DNA from: an uncultured virus (IMG/VR IMGVR_UViG_3300008262_000226)
Lineage: Duplodnaviria > Heunggongvirae > Uroviricota > Caudoviricetes
Virus record (IMG/VR): IMGVR_UViG_3300008262_000226
Coordinates: 62,001-126,000 of that record
Strand: one strand, 5' to 3'
DNA length: 64,000 nucleotides
The position numbers and the translations under genes were made by a program. Within the stretch, counting starts at the first letter, position 1; each line of letters begins with the position of its first letter. The notes under the pieces were generated by a model. It searched no databases. It was not told the origin of the DNA and saw nothing but the letters and a program-made list of their open reading frames with translations. Of the stretch, positions 27,376 through 37,363 are shown piece after piece.

Positions 27376-30087
27376 ATGTCTTTTGGAACCGAAAGCTCAG
27401 CATCAGTAGGAGGTCAATCCCTCGCAGGTTTCATAGTATCTAAAGCAACTCAGTCTCGTAAGGATGCGAGAAAAGAGGATAGAAAACAATCGCGCAGAAA
27501 AAAGAAAGAAGAACAAACAAAAAAAGAAAACAAACAACAAGAGAAGAAACAAAAAATAGGAACTAAGTTACTTGGGAGTCTTCCTTCTTTAGGTAATCTT
27601 TTTTCATTTAAGAAACCAGAAACTAAAACTTCATCTCAGTCATCACAACCCAGATCTTCTGGTGGGGCAACTGGATTAGCAAAAATTCTTACGCAAGGAT
27701 TTGGTTCTCTCACGGCTGATACGATGGGAGTTGCTTCTGGTCTCGCATCAGTTACGCAAGTTCTCAATAGTTCTTTAAGAGCACAATCTTTTACTGCAAC
27801 TGGTGTTCAAACTATTGCTAGTATTCTTTCAGATCAAGTAGAGAATCAAGGATCTATATTATCAACTGTTAAATCATTGAAAACTGGTGGTAGATCTTCA
27901 GGAACTGGATCAAGTATGTTTGGATCCAGTAGATCATCAGGTGTAAAATCTGATACTCTAACTGGATTTGTTTGGGAAAAAGTTAAAGATAAAGTTTTAG
28001 GGTTTTTATCTGGAGCTGCTGCTACTCAATTAGGAAAACTAAAAAATTTATTTAAACCTAAAGGTGCTACATCAACTGCAAAACCTTCTCCTTCTCCAGG
28101 TGCATCTGCATTAAAACCAAAACCATTGGGAAGAATGACAGGTTCTTATGATAGATTTTTACAAGGATCATCTAATTTTGGTGATAGATTAAGATTACTT
28201 CGTAGAGGTCAAATAGGTCCTGGTCAATTATTTACTAAAGGTGGTGTAGATTCCCTGGCAAAACCAACTGGGGGTGGGTTATTAAAATCTTTTAAATCTT
28301 TTGCAACACCGAAAAATTTGTTAACGGGAGTTAAAGGATTAGGTGTTGGATTGCTGGGTGATATGGCAGTAAATAAAATTGGAGAGGCAGTAGGCAATAA
28401 AGTAACAGAAGATTCTATCAGAAGAATTAGTTCCTTACCTCCAGAGAAAAAAGAAAAAGCGATCAAAGGTTTGCGTTCTGAATTAGAAAAAGAAAAATCA
28501 TGGCAATCTGGATTTGGGGGAGCTTTTGATAACATCATTAACCTTGGTGGTATTTTAGGGGAAAGTTCCAGTCAAACAAAATCAGGTGGAATTGAGCGAA
28601 TATTATCTGGATTAGGTGAAGAGAAAATGGCATCAGGTGGAGTGATGCTTGGTGAAGCAGGTAAAGAATCTGTCGTTGATTTAAATTCAAAAACTGGAAA
28701 AGATTTAGTTGGTAAACAGGGTGAAGATCCAGGCATGAAAGCATCAGCTGCCTCCACTCTTGCTGTAGTTGATCAATTCATTAAAGGCATGGGTTCTTTA
28801 GGTGCTCCAGTAGCACAAGCACTCGGACCAGAAATTCAAAACCTTGCTAGAACTTTTGGTATGTCACAGGCATTACCAAACTTAAAAGTTGGTGGTGGTA
28901 AGTTTAAAGAAGATGGCGGTGCAAAAAAGACTAGAGAAGATTTCTTAAAAAATTTAATAGCAGGTTCACTAGAATCACTCGATGCCAAGAAGAAAGAAGA
29001 GAAGAAGCAAGGGCAGGATAACAAACCTCAAACTACTAACGAACAACAGAATCAATCAAACCCTTCTAATCCAGATACAGGATCAGGAACACAAAGAAAT
29101 GTTGGTGCTGATGGAAAACCAATGGATGTTCATGATCCTAAGTCTTATGGTGCTGGTCGTCAGTCTGTTACCAAAGGAACTAACGAAGGTGTTGGTGTTT
29201 CGGATGTGGATACCAACCGCCAGACTGGGCAACTAGAAGCAAATCATGTGAACTTTAATCATGATGGAAAAGATTACAAAGTAAGAATCAATCCCAACAA
29301 TGGAGATTATGAAGTCTTCCAATCTCGTGGGTATCTTGGAATGGTAGATAAAAAAATAGATGTTGGCGGACCTCAAGGACCAAAGCCAGGTCAAGCGAAC
29401 GAAGCACTGTTGAGAAAAGCACATGGTCAAGTTAGAGCATTCTTTATGAAGAACGCCCCACAGAAAGGATTGTCATTGAAGTACTTGAGTGAAGCGGAAG
29501 TTGATAAGAGCTCCACGGGTAATCAAAAACGAGGTGGAACAGTTAAGTCATATAATAAAGGCGGCGTAGTTCAAAAACCTTGGTGGGATTTCATAGGAAA
29601 TTTCATAGATACTCATCGCAATACCAAGTCAACTGATTATAAGAATCAAAATAATAATCCTCTTGCCTCGATGGCAAAGCAAAGAGAGATGATGAAAGAG
29701 TTGGGTTATGAAGAAGGAGGAACGGTAAAAAGACCAACAATCAGAGAAGATGTAGATGATATCAGAAGAATGATTGCTGCTTCAATGATGAGGCAACAGG
29801 ATAGATATCTTCCTGGAGATAAAATACCAGTTGGAAATGATCTGATAACTAAATCAGTAACACCAAAGGTATCACCAGCATCCCCACCAACAAGTGCCAC
29901 ATCTAAAGAGGGTGAAGGTTTAAATTCTGCTGCGATTATTAATATAGTTGGTGCTGGGGGTGCGGGTATGACTATCCCATCATCGGCAGATGAGATGAAT
30001 GAACAATCTACAGCAGAGTTTGTTTCAGATCCATGGCCAGGTGGTTTAGCATCTGTTCTTTGTGTATCATCACCTTGGGGGAATTAA
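27376..30087 (+). CDS. Tape-measure-like virion protein
   Basis: 903 aa, Gly/Lys-rich; MASGG..GEAG.E.V motif. Confidence 0.7.
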   Translation: MSFGTESSASVGGQSLAGFIVSKATQSRKDARKEDRKQSRRKKKEEQTKKENKQQEKKQKIGTKLLGSLPSLGNLFSFKKPETKTSSQSSQPRSSGGATGLAKILTQGFGSLTADTMGVASGLASVTQVLNSSLRAQSFTATGVQTIASILSDQVENQGSILSTVKSLKTGGRSSGTGSSMFGSSRSSGVKSDTLTGFVWEKVKDKVLGFLSGAAATQLGKLKNLFKPKGATSTAKPSPSPGASALKPKPLGRMTGSYDRFLQGSSNFGDRLRLLRRGQIGPGQLFTKGGVDSLAKPTGGGLLKSFKSFATPKNLLTGVKGLGVGLLGDMAVNKIGEAVGNKVTEDSIRRISSLPPEKKEKAIKGLRSELEKEKSWQSGFGGAFDNIINLGGILGESSSQTKSGGIERILSGLGEEKMASGGVMLGEAGKESVVDLNSKTGKDLVGKQGEDPGMKASAASTLAVVDQFIKGMGSLGAPVAQALGPEIQNLARTFGMSQALPNLKVGGGKFKEDGGAKKTREDFLKNLIAGSLESLDAKKKEEKKQGQDNKPQTTNEQQNQSNPSNPDTGSGTQRNVGADGKPMDVHDPKSYGAGRQSVTKGTNEGVGVSDVDTNRQTGQLEANHVNFNHDGKDYKVRINPNNGDYEVFQSRGYLGMVDKKIDVGGPQGPKPGQANEALLRKAHGQVRAFFMKNAPQKGLSLKYLSEAEVDKSSTGNQKRGGTVKSYNKGGVVQKPWWDFIGNFIDTHRNTKSTDYKNQNNNPLASMAKQREMMKELGYEEGGTVKRPTIREDVDDIRRMIAASMMRQQDRYLPGDKIPVGNDLITKSVTPKVSPASPPTSATSKEGEGLNSAAIINIVGAGGAGMTIPSSADEMNEQSTAEFVSDPWPGGLASVLCVSSPWGN

Positions 30088-30090
30088 TAA

Positions 30091-31506
30091 ATGTCAGTAG
30101 ATCTTAATGCTCACGTAAAGAACGTTGTTATTATTGATACAAACGGAGTCAAGCATCCTTTAACTGGTAAGAATCCAGAAGCGCAATTAAATGCTATTAA
30201 AATATACGAGAGTATAGAATTGAATACTGTAGTTGCTGAATTAATGGTTGTTGACACAGGAATTAACTTGATTGCTAGCGCACCTATCGTAGGCACAGAA
30301 ACAGTTGAGATAGAACTAATAGCGCCTAATATTTCTGAAGAATCTTATAAGTGGAAGTTTGTAGTTTATGGGATTAGAAATAGAATAGTTTCTAAAAATA
30401 TGCAAGTCTACATATTAGATTTGTTTTCTCCAGAAGCATTGAGAAATGAAACTTTACGAATTGGAAAAGCTATATCAGGCACGGGCGACTCCATCGTTAG
30501 TCAAATCTTAAAGGATTACTTAGACACCGATAAAGATATATCATCGGAATCTTGTAAGTATAAAATGAAACAGATACCATCATTGAAAAGACCATTCGAT
30601 GTTGTCTCATCAATGCTTCCTGAATGTGTATCTTCATCCGCTACAACTCCACTAGCCCCTCAACCATCTGCAACATCTTCTAAAGGTGGATCCACTAGTG
30701 CTTCTGGTGGTCAGACACAAGCTGCTACTAAAGAAACTGCAACTGTTGTTTCTGGTTCTGCTGGATACATGTTCTTTGAAACATATGATGGTTATGTTTT
30801 CAAATCTATAGATGCTTTAATACAAGAAAATCAAAACAAACACCCAGAATATGTTTATGGTATGGCGCAAGATGATAATTCAAATGCACAAAAGAACTCT
30901 TATCTTATTTTGAATTATTCTTTTGGCAGTCAAGAAAATATTTTGAAAAAGATGCGTTATGGTGTTTACTCATCGATGATATCATTTTTCAATCCATCTA
31001 ACTTAGAGTATGAAGAATACTTTTTTGATCTCAGTAAAGAATATCCTAGGATGGTTCACTTAGGAACTGATGAAGATATCCCAGAGACAATTAAAACTTT
31101 GGCAAAGTATCCTTCTAGAGTTATGTTACAATTTTTTGATCATGAAACATTCCATGACGCAGATACAATTGCTGATCCACAGAAGGCTGGTGCTAGTGGA
31201 GGAACACAATACCCAGACTTCAGGAAGCAATGGATGGCTCAATCGATGAGCAGGCATATGATTTTGAATAACCAGATACTAAATATCACTATACCTATTA
31301 ATTTCGGAATTAGAGCTGGCGATAAACTGAACGTTAAGTTACCTAACCAATCAGTCTCCTCTAAAAGAGAAGAAGAAAAATATGATTTAGTGAACAGTGG
31401 TTTGTATCTAGTTAAGAAAATTTCTTATGATATAACTAGAGACTCTTCTAAGGGATTGATCGCAGTTTGTAATTTGGAACTTATTAGAGATAATTTAGGG
31501 AGTTAG
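30091..31506 (+). CDS. Baseplate hub / tail protein (gp27-like position)
   Basis: IYESI, AGY.FFETYDGY.FKSID, AGD.L, SGLYLV; directly upstream of gp5. Confidence 0.75.
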   Translation: MSVDLNAHVKNVVIIDTNGVKHPLTGKNPEAQLNAIKIYESIELNTVVAELMVVDTGINLIASAPIVGTETVEIELIAPNISEESYKWKFVVYGIRNRIVSKNMQVYILDLFSPEALRNETLRIGKAISGTGDSIVSQILKDYLDTDKDISSESCKYKMKQIPSLKRPFDVVSSMLPECVSSSATTPLAPQPSATSSKGGSTSASGGQTQAATKETATVVSGSAGYMFFETYDGYVFKSIDALIQENQNKHPEYVYGMAQDDNSNAQKNSYLILNYSFGSQENILKKMRYGVYSSMISFFNPSNLEYEEYFFDLSKEYPRMVHLGTDEDIPETIKTLAKYPSRVMLQFFDHETFHDADTIADPQKAGASGGTQYPDFRKQWMAQSMSRHMILNNQILNITIPINFGIRAGDKLNVKLPNQSVSSKREEEKYDLVNSGLYLVKKISYDITRDSSKGLIAVCNLELIRDNLGS

Positions 31507-31508
31507 TA

Positions 31509-31721
31509 ATGGAAAACATTCAAAAACATATAGAACACGATAAGAGAATCTTAGATGATCCTCTATCTTCTTCTCAATCAAGAAGACATGCTGAAGAAGA
31601 ACTGGAATCTTTGGAAGCATATCATTCTCGTCACCCAGAAGATGATCATGATCCATCGCCATTGGAATTATACTGTGACGAAAATCCAAATGCTTTAGAG
31701 TGTAGAATTTACGACAACTAA
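31509..31721 (+). CDS. cp12: CP12 Calvin-cycle inhibitor protein
   Basis: DPSPLELYCDENPNALECRIYD C-terminal CP12 motif. Confidence 0.92.
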   Translation: MENIQKHIEHDKRILDDPLSSSQSRRHAEEELESLEAYHSRHPEDDHDPSPLELYCDENPNALECRIYDN

Positions 31722-31723
31722 TT

Positions 31724-34378
31724 ATGTTGCTACCCGAATTAAATTTACCAGTAGGTTTTGCTGGCAAAGATGGTTTCTATTGGTGGATAGGTCAGATCGA
31801 AACAGATGTAGACAAAAAGTTCTCCAATAGATATAAAGTAAGAATTGTTGGGCAGCATGTTAAGAGTTGCACTGCTGTTTCCGTTGAGGATTTACCTTGG
31901 GCGGTAGTTATGCTGCCTGTAACTGCTCCTTCATCGGAAGGTAATAGTTCATATCATCCAGCAAGATTACAGAAAGGAGATTGGGTAGTAGGTTTCTTTT
32001 TAGATGGTGCTGAAGGTCAACACCCTGTTATCATGGGTAGTTTCCAGAAGGTAACCAAGTCAACAACTAATACATCATTATCAAATAATAATTCTACTGC
32101 AGAGTGTCTGGCATTCACAAGATATGTTCCAGATACTAATCCTAAAATGACTGTTCCAGAAGGCAGTCAGGATGCAACTGCTAGACCAGGAATTAAAAAC
32201 GGAGAAGGATCTGGATCATCAACCATTTTAAATGCTACAAATGATCAGCAATCTGGAACTAATCCACATGGAAGATATGCATGTGTTTTGATTGCAGATC
32301 CTACATGTGAAGATACATCATCATCTCAATCTAAATTTGAGCAAACCCTATCAGAATTTTTTGGAGCAGTTTCTAAAAATGGTGGGCAGTTAGGAACTCA
32401 GATGTTGAGCAGTGTCACTGGAAAACTCTACGATTATACTGGTGCTGCTGGTGGATATATTAGAAGAGTATTTGGATTAGCGAGAACTTATATTAAAGCT
32501 GGAAAGTTTCAACTGCTTGCTTTGATAAAGAAGGGAGTGCAAACTTTAATATCATTCTGTTTAGGAATACCTATCCCAACATCAAATCCTAAAGATGGCA
32601 AAGCAGTTAAATTAAAAAATCAAGGTATATTAAGTAAACTATTCCAGTGGTTGAATGAACAACTCGGATTGATTAATTGTGCCATTGCAGGATTAGAAGA
32701 TAGACTTCTAGATTTTTTAACAAACTTAATTTATGGTTTACTTACGGAAGTTGTATCTGCTGCAACTTGTAAGATAGAACAGATTGTATCTCAAATTATT
32801 AATGAGATTGAAAGTTTTCTTACCGACGCAATAAGTGCAATTCTAGGACCTCTACAAGCTATCTTAGGAATTATTGCTAGCCCACTTAATATCTTGGGAG
32901 CAATTCTACAATACATATTCACACTGTTTGGTATCTCCTGCACAGGACCAGATAAAAAATGTAAGAAACCAGAACAGTCTCAGTTTTGCACTGGAGCTGC
33001 TAATAATAAGAAACCAGGGGAAGATGATTTCGCAGCACTAGATAAATTAATTGCTGATGTTGCTGCAGGTGGTCAAGCAGATTTACAAACAAGTTGCACA
33101 GATTACACTACATTGCCTTGCCCAGCAGTCACAACAGCAAATGTATACGGCGGAGAACCAGGAGACGGTTCTGGTGATCCAGAAACACCACCCCCAGAAG
33201 TAGAAGATCCTTTCGATAATTTCTTTGATTCATTTAATCCGCCAACTGATGACGGTAATAGAGATGGATCAGATGATATTGACGAAGAGGTTGATGCGAT
33301 ACCAGTTAATGCGGCAGTTAATAGCACAGTTGGTTTAAGATTAACTAGCAACTCAAGGTATAGAATTGCATTAGCACAAAGAAGTGATTATACATGGAGG
33401 GGAACTTTAAACATCAACTTATCATCTACTTCTTCTGAAGTTAGAACGCAAGATAGATACGAAGTTGATGTCGTTTCAGTTATACCACAGACAGAGACTA
33501 ATATTATAACATATTCATTGACTGCTGACAAGACAAGAGTTAGACAAAGTGAAACAATTTCATTTACATTAAGATTATTAAGTGGATCTGTTCCAGATGG
33601 AACAGTATTTAATTATTTTATGTTTGGTTTTATTCAAGCATCTGATTTTGCTAATGGAATAAACACAGGAAGAATGACAATGATTGACGGTGTTGCTACT
33701 GCAAACATAACAATCTCTTCACAAATAAGTATAGCAGATGAAGAAGAAGTGCTATTCAGTGTGACAGAAGCTGGTTTGTCTAGGCAGTTTATCATCTACA
33801 ATCAGAATCCCGTAGTAACTACACCAACAGAACCACCTAGATCATTTGTTCCTCCCACTTTAGGAATACCTGAAGTTGATGGGGAGGGTAGGATCATATA
33901 CATACCTATCGTTGACCCAGGAGATCCATATGTAAGACCTCCATTTATTAATATAGCAGGAACTGGTAGTGGTGCTTCTGCTACTGCACTTTTAGATGAT
34001 AGTGGTAGGTTGACGAAGATAAAGATAGAAAGACCTGGAAGGAATTATGTTCCAAACAAATCTAACAAAACTAGTTGTGTAATAGATGGGTTTGTTGTCA
34101 TTAGACCTGGATCTGGATACACATCAGAACCAACTGTAACTGTAAATGGAGAGCAAGGAATTGCCAGAGCAATTATAAGAGATGGATTTGTAGTTGATCT
34201 TGAAGTAATAAATAAGACGAAAACCTATGAAGATTTCCCTGCTGTCAGAGTGTTTGGTGGTGGTGGATCAGGAACCAGAGTTATTTCGTCGCTCTCTTGT
34301 TTAGAAAGAGAAACATACGAAGAGTTTGCATTATCTGTTGCTCCATCTGGAGAAGCACAAGTAATCGATTGCCCATAA
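31724..34378 (+). CDS. Baseplate hub gp5, N-terminal (OB-fold) part
   Basis: GF.WWIGQIE...RYKVRIVG.H...LPWA.V..P...WVVGFFLDG...Q.PVIMG. Confidence 0.88.
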   Translation: MLLPELNLPVGFAGKDGFYWWIGQIETDVDKKFSNRYKVRIVGQHVKSCTAVSVEDLPWAVVMLPVTAPSSEGNSSYHPARLQKGDWVVGFFLDGAEGQHPVIMGSFQKVTKSTTNTSLSNNNSTAECLAFTRYVPDTNPKMTVPEGSQDATARPGIKNGEGSGSSTILNATNDQQSGTNPHGRYACVLIADPTCEDTSSSQSKFEQTLSEFFGAVSKNGGQLGTQMLSSVTGKLYDYTGAAGGYIRRVFGLARTYIKAGKFQLLALIKKGVQTLISFCLGIPIPTSNPKDGKAVKLKNQGILSKLFQWLNEQLGLINCAIAGLEDRLLDFLTNLIYGLLTEVVSAATCKIEQIVSQIINEIESFLTDAISAILGPLQAILGIIASPLNILGAILQYIFTLFGISCTGPDKKCKKPEQSQFCTGAANNKKPGEDDFAALDKLIADVAAGGQADLQTSCTDYTTLPCPAVTTANVYGGEPGDGSGDPETPPPEVEDPFDNFFDSFNPPTDDGNRDGSDDIDEEVDAIPVNAAVNSTVGLRLTSNSRYRIALAQRSDYTWRGTLNINLSSTSSEVRTQDRYEVDVVSVIPQTETNIITYSLTADKTRVRQSETISFTLRLLSGSVPDGTVFNYFMFGFIQASDFANGINTGRMTMIDGVATANITISSQISIADEEEVLFSVTEAGLSRQFIIYNQNPVVTTPTEPPRSFVPPTLGIPEVDGEGRIIYIPIVDPGDPYVRPPFINIAGTGSGASATALLDDSGRLTKIKIERPGRNYVPNKSNKTSCVIDGFVVIRPGSGYTSEPTVTVNGEQGIARAIIRDGFVVDLEVINKTKTYEDFPAVRVFGGGGSGTRVISSLSCLERETYEEFALSVAPSGEAQVIDCP

Positions 34379-34384
34379 AAAATC

Positions 34385-35914
34385 ATGGCAAAAAGTTGGC
34401 TAGAACTACAAGAGAATTTAAGAACTGGAGCGGCAAAACTACCTAACCCAGTTCCTAATAGTAGTTGTGGGGTATCTGAAAATCAAACAGCACAAACAGA
34501 TATACTTGGATTGCCTAATCTAGGTGAACTTACCCAACCAGTTAATGATTTCCTTTCTGGTGTTCAGGGTGAGATAGATCAGTTCGGTGCTGATGTCATG
34601 GGAGTGCTTCAAGATATTGGAGCATTTATTCCACCCGAATTACAGGGATCTGGTGGCAGCAACTCGACAACAGAAGACGGAAAATCTAAAGTTGCGGCTG
34701 TATCAAGTTTAAATCATACCATTCTAGCAAATGGCGAAGTAACAGTAACTGATGGTAGTGATTCTGATACTGGTGATAGTTTTTATTCTATAGTAACTAG
34801 TTCTGGTGGTGGAATAACATTAGATACTGATGGCAGTGTTATTTTAACAGCTGGAAAAAATCCATCTTCAGATCCAAAAACAGGAAGAGTAGATATAATT
34901 GCACAGGGAGCTGGCGTGCAAAAGTATGGTGAGTTTCTTGCCATAGAAGTTAATAATGATAATGAGGCATTGTCAGCGGAAAATCCTTCAGTTAAAGGAG
35001 CTGCATTTTCTATTGTAGTTCATGGAAACGTTGAAATTCAATCAACATCTGGTGATGTTAAAGTAGGTGGAAAAAATATTGTATTTTCTGCATCTGATTC
35101 TATCGAATTAAATGGAGCAGATATTAAATTATATGCTGGATCATCCAGCACAACTACTGGTGGATCTTCTGGTAAAGCGAAAGAAGAACAAGGTGGAATC
35201 ATAGAACTGAAGTGTGGATTATTAAAGAATTCTAGTGCCGCTCAACAAAATATTGAAGGTGGAACATATAACAAGGTAGATGGTGAGAAGTTTATCACCA
35301 CTACTAATTCACAGGGTAACGTGACTATCGAATCCACAGGAACTCTTAATATTAAGAGTGGTGGAGACATGATAGAAGAAATTGGAGGAAGGAAACTTAC
35401 TACCGTATTTGCTGCTCTCCCTGGAGTTAGCTTGGGTGGGGGGTTGATACCACCTAGACCACAAGTATTGGGAGTTTCCGCTGGATATTATATCACAAAT
35501 AAGTATCCTATCATTCCTGCAGGAGGAACCTCAGCAGAAATTCCTCCTCTAGTTCACATTGATTCAAATGTCAGTGCAGGTGGTCATGGATTCACTGTGG
35601 AAGCACCTATGGGCAACATAGGATTATACAGTAGATTTGGTAGCGTTGGTATGGCAACCGATTTTTCTGCTTTTGCTGATATAACTCCACCTGGATTTGT
35701 TGGGGCAACTGTTCCTAAACCATTACTTCAATTAAAATCTCCTGGTGCATACATAACAGCACTCGATAATTTAAGTATGGGTGCAAAAATTAACACCAGT
35801 CTATTCGCTGGTCCTATTCCTACAGGAGGAACACCACCTATCGATGACTCTATCAATATTACTCCTGGAACTATCAGAGTATCTGCATTAAAGGGTGGTA
35901 TTTTCTTAAACTAA
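34385..35914 (+). CDS. gp5 C-terminal-like beta-helix spike protein
   Basis: Repeated V.GNV.I....D....G.NI strands; ends in IFLN. Confidence 0.7.
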   Translation: MAKSWLELQENLRTGAAKLPNPVPNSSCGVSENQTAQTDILGLPNLGELTQPVNDFLSGVQGEIDQFGADVMGVLQDIGAFIPPELQGSGGSNSTTEDGKSKVAAVSSLNHTILANGEVTVTDGSDSDTGDSFYSIVTSSGGGITLDTDGSVILTAGKNPSSDPKTGRVDIIAQGAGVQKYGEFLAIEVNNDNEALSAENPSVKGAAFSIVVHGNVEIQSTSGDVKVGGKNIVFSASDSIELNGADIKLYAGSSSTTTGGSSGKAKEEQGGIIELKCGLLKNSSAAQQNIEGGTYNKVDGEKFITTTNSQGNVTIESTGTLNIKSGGDMIEEIGGRKLTTVFAALPGVSLGGGLIPPRPQVLGVSAGYYITNKYPIIPAGGTSAEIPPLVHIDSNVSAGGHGFTVEAPMGNIGLYSRFGSVGMATDFSAFADITPPGFVGATVPKPLLQLKSPGAYITALDNLSMGAKINTSLFAGPIPTGGTPPIDDSINITPGTIRVSALKGGIFLN

Positions 35915-36053
35915 TAGTCATTTCAAAATTGACCTCCAATTACCAAAAGGTCGCAAAAAAAATCTCGGCAAATTTTTGGTCAAAAAAGTCGAGCTTGACA
36001 AAACCCCTAAATACCGCTAAACTAGCAATGTGGCGCTTTGAGAATCGAATTTT

Positions 36054-36242
36054 ATGAATCTCCAAAATCCTTCTGAACCAGCTCTTGACAAGATTACGGT
36101 TGACCTCTATAATAAGAAGGTAATCATCCGAGGTGAACATGGAACGACTCTTACCTTTCGATGTGCCACAATTAACGAGTTAGTTGAATTAAAGGAAAAA
36201 TGTGGTAAACTGTTGAAGACAGATAACTTCATTTATCGCTGA
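36054..36242 (+). CDS. Hypothetical protein
   Basis: 62-aa ORF after a TTGACA-N17-TAAACT promoter near 35995. Confidence 0.7.
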   Translation: MNLQNPSEPALDKITVDLYNKKVIIRGEHGTTLTFRCATINELVELKEKCGKLLKTDNFIYR

Positions 36243-36315
36243 GCTCCTTTAGCAATCTGGCGAATGCACCGAACTCATAATTCGGCTAAGGTGGGTTCGA
36301 TCCCCTCAAGGAGCA
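36243..36315 (+). tRNA. tRNA with CAT anticodon (elongator Met or Ile2)
   Basis: Acceptor GCTCCTT/AAGGAGC, anticodon arm CCGAA-CTCATAA-TTCGG; G1-C72 pair argues against initiator. Confidence 0.88.
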
Positions 36316-36316
36316 C

Positions 36317-36345
36317 TTGACAGTCATTACGGCACCTGCTATAAT
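36317..36345 (+). promoter_or_regulatory. Consensus sigma70 promoter upstream of tRNA-Leu and cpeT
   Basis: TTGACA-N17-TATAAT with extended -10 TG. Confidence 0.8.
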
Positions 36346-36359
36346 ACTGTCATCATCAC

Positions 36360-36443
36360 GGGGCGGTGGTGGAATCGGTAGACACACCAGACTTAAAATC
36401 TGTTGGGGGCAACCCCGTGGGAGTTCAAGTCTCCCTCGCCCTA
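36360..36443 (+). tRNA. tRNA-Leu(TAA)
   Basis: Anticodon loop CTTAAAA, long variable arm GGGG-GCAA-CCCC, T-arm GGGAG-TTCAAGT-CTCCC. Confidence 0.92.
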
Positions 36444-36475
36444 TTTCCCACTAAATAATTTGTAGTGGGAATGTT

Positions 36476-36742
36476 ATGAAATACACATTATCACAAGCAT
36501 ATGTCTTCTACATGGGAGAAGTTGTGCGAATGTATTTCATACAAAATCTTCCATATACGTTTGATGAGTTACCTCAAATAATCCAAGATCATCCTTCTGT
36601 TCAAACAGAAGCACTTAGTCATCGTGATTATGATGATGAAGATCTTTACAGAGTTTCAAATTATCTTATAATGGAAGAAATGCATCCTTTGATGTTTGAC
36701 TTAGAAATCGAAAATCCTGAATTGTTACCTAAAGATGATTGA
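36476..36742 (+). CDS. Conserved cyanophage hypothetical protein
   Basis: VRMYFI...PYTFDEL...YL..EE.HP. Confidence 0.8.
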   Translation: MKYTLSQAYVFYMGEVVRMYFIQNLPYTFDELPQIIQDHPSVQTEALSHRDYDDEDLYRVSNYLIMEEMHPLMFDLEIENPELLPKDD

Positions 36743-37208
36743 CAAATTTTGTGAATATTTTGAAGGAACATTTGAGAATAAATTGCAAGCAATGTCTTAT
36801 CCGACACAGTTTGCTATGATTGAACTGATTCACGAAAAAATCGATGAAAATCGTTTTCGTTGTATTCAACGTTATTATGTTGATAAAAACGAATATCGTA
36901 GAACAGTTATTGAGGTCATTCCGCAAGAAACTTCAATTCTAGTCAAAAATTATAAAGAAAAAGATGAGTTGACTTATCTTTCTGGGTGTGATATAATGTT
37001 CGAGCAGATAGGTGATGAATTTCACGGCAAAAATCTTTGTAAAACCTGCTTTGTCTCCTGGTCGGGAAAAGAAACCTATCTACAAACACAAAGTATTCTC
37101 GGAAACGGTTACTATCATGTAATTGATAAGGGATACGATATAAATACCGACGAACATATTTGGGGTAGCTTTCACGGGCAATTCCAGTTCGTCAAATCGC
37201 CCTTGTAG
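36735..37208 (+). CDS. cpeT: T-type phycobiliprotein (bilin) lyase, CpcT/CpeT family
   Basis: F..YFEG.F.N..QA...P..FA.I...H, YR, GCD..F, F.G....C, D.G.D......WGS..G.F.F.K. Confidence 0.85.
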   Translation: MIDKFCEYFEGTFENKLQAMSYPTQFAMIELIHEKIDENRFRCIQRYYVDKNEYRRTVIEVIPQETSILVKNYKEKDELTYLSGCDIMFEQIGDEFHGKNLCKTCFVSWSGKETYLQTQSILGNGYYHVIDKGYDINTDEHIWGSFHGQFQFVKSPL

Positions 37209-37270
37209 CTCAGTGGTAGAGCAGCGGTTTTGTAAACCGCTGGTCGTCTGTTCGAATCAGATCGGGGGCT
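37199..37270 (+). tRNA. tRNA-Thr(TGT)
   Basis: Acceptor GCCCTTG/CGGGGGC, anticodon arm GCGGT-TTTGTAA-ACCGC; overlaps the cpeT stop codon. Confidence 0.92.
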
Positions 37271-37290
37271 CTCCGTGTGAAGGAAGTGAT

Positions 37291-37316
37291 ACCTGAGGTT
37301 CGCCTCAGGTTTTTTC
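37291..37316 (+). terminator. Intrinsic terminator followed by a late promoter
   Basis: ACCTGAGG-TTCG-CCTCAGGT-TTTTT, then TATAAATA at about 37318. Confidence 0.8.
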
Positions 37317-37363
37317 TTATAAATAACTCAGAAGAAATCTCCATACTACGGGTTACTGAGAAG

